Positions 35,297-35,584 of a DNA stretch of 35,584 bases are shown one piece after another. This DNA comes from Bigelowiella natans CCMP2755 (taxonomy: Eukaryota; Protista; Cercozoa): positions 1-35,584 of the forward strand of contig ADNK01001570.1 of NCBI GenBank assembly GCA_000320545.1. The letters are read 5' to 3'. The position numbers were made by a program, and so were the translations under genes. Every line of letters begins with the position of its first letter. Position 1 is the stretch's first letter. The notes under the pieces are model-generated. The model saw only the letters and a list, made by a program, of their open reading frames with translations. It made no database searches and was not told the origin of the DNA.

Positions 35297-35584
35297 GTGG
35301 GTAGCAGCTGCAATATTGCTAGCGTTTAGACAGTATTTGCAGTGTTGGGTGGGTGATGGTAATTGTTGTTGGTAGTAGTAGCGATAGTGGTATTAGTAAT
35401 AGTTTTGAGTAGTGAGTACAAGGAGCAGTAGTTGTATCAGTATTTGGTAGTGAGTAGCTGAGACTGGAAAACTGAGCATTGATATTAGTAGAGGTAGTAA
35501 TATTAGTTTTACAAAAAATACTTAGAGCTTAGTTTGAGGATGGTTGTTGACATTGTATACATGTGTCATTGTTGTTTTGGCGTT
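34443..35584 (+). repeat. Tandem repeat with ~411-412-bp unit (intron plus ankyrin exon), ~2.8 copies visible
   Basis: Equivalent donors lie at 34474, 34885 and 35297. Introns 1 and 2 differ at only about 9 positions in ~312 nt. Confidence 0.97.

Noticed and set aside
34443-35584. CRISPR-like array
   Set aside because: The unit is ~411 bp and consists of a spliceosomal intron plus a coding ankyrin exon, with no short repeat/unique spacer structure and no cas genes.

Overview
This is intron-rich eukaryotic nuclear DNA, loaded with microsatellites and read in the standard code. The style resembles a protist or alga such as a chlorarachniophyte (inference only). In order it contains: (1) the 3' part of a spliced 2OG-Fe(II) oxygenase-like gene (+, <162-3906); (2) an apparently full-length non-LTR retrotransposon with ORF1 and APE-RT-CCHC ORF2 (~4030-9805); (3) a 23-exon, ~3377-aa PKD1-like receptor gene with three beta-propellers, REJ, GAIN/GPS, TM helices and a PDZ-like tail (+, 10680-25035); (4) a gene of ~27 micro-exons encoding two beta-trefoil-like repeats plus a WSC domain (-, ~33485-25984), nearly invisible in the ORF track; (5) an ankyrin gene built from ~411-bp intron+99-nt-exon tandem cassettes that runs off the window end. 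The most striking signal is a localized mutational scar. Both ends of the retrotransposon are almost stripped of TpA and enriched in CpA/TpG, and the few surviving TpA sit mostly in CTA/TAG. An intergenic island at ~25.3-25.8 kb has a similar CA/TG-rich, CTAG-skewed composition. Tyr codons vanish in favour of His/Cys, and the ORF2 stop codon appears converted from TAA to CAA. This looks like strand-symmetric A-to-G hypermutation at TpA (a 'reverse RIP') acting on repeats. All counts and exon models were made by eye.
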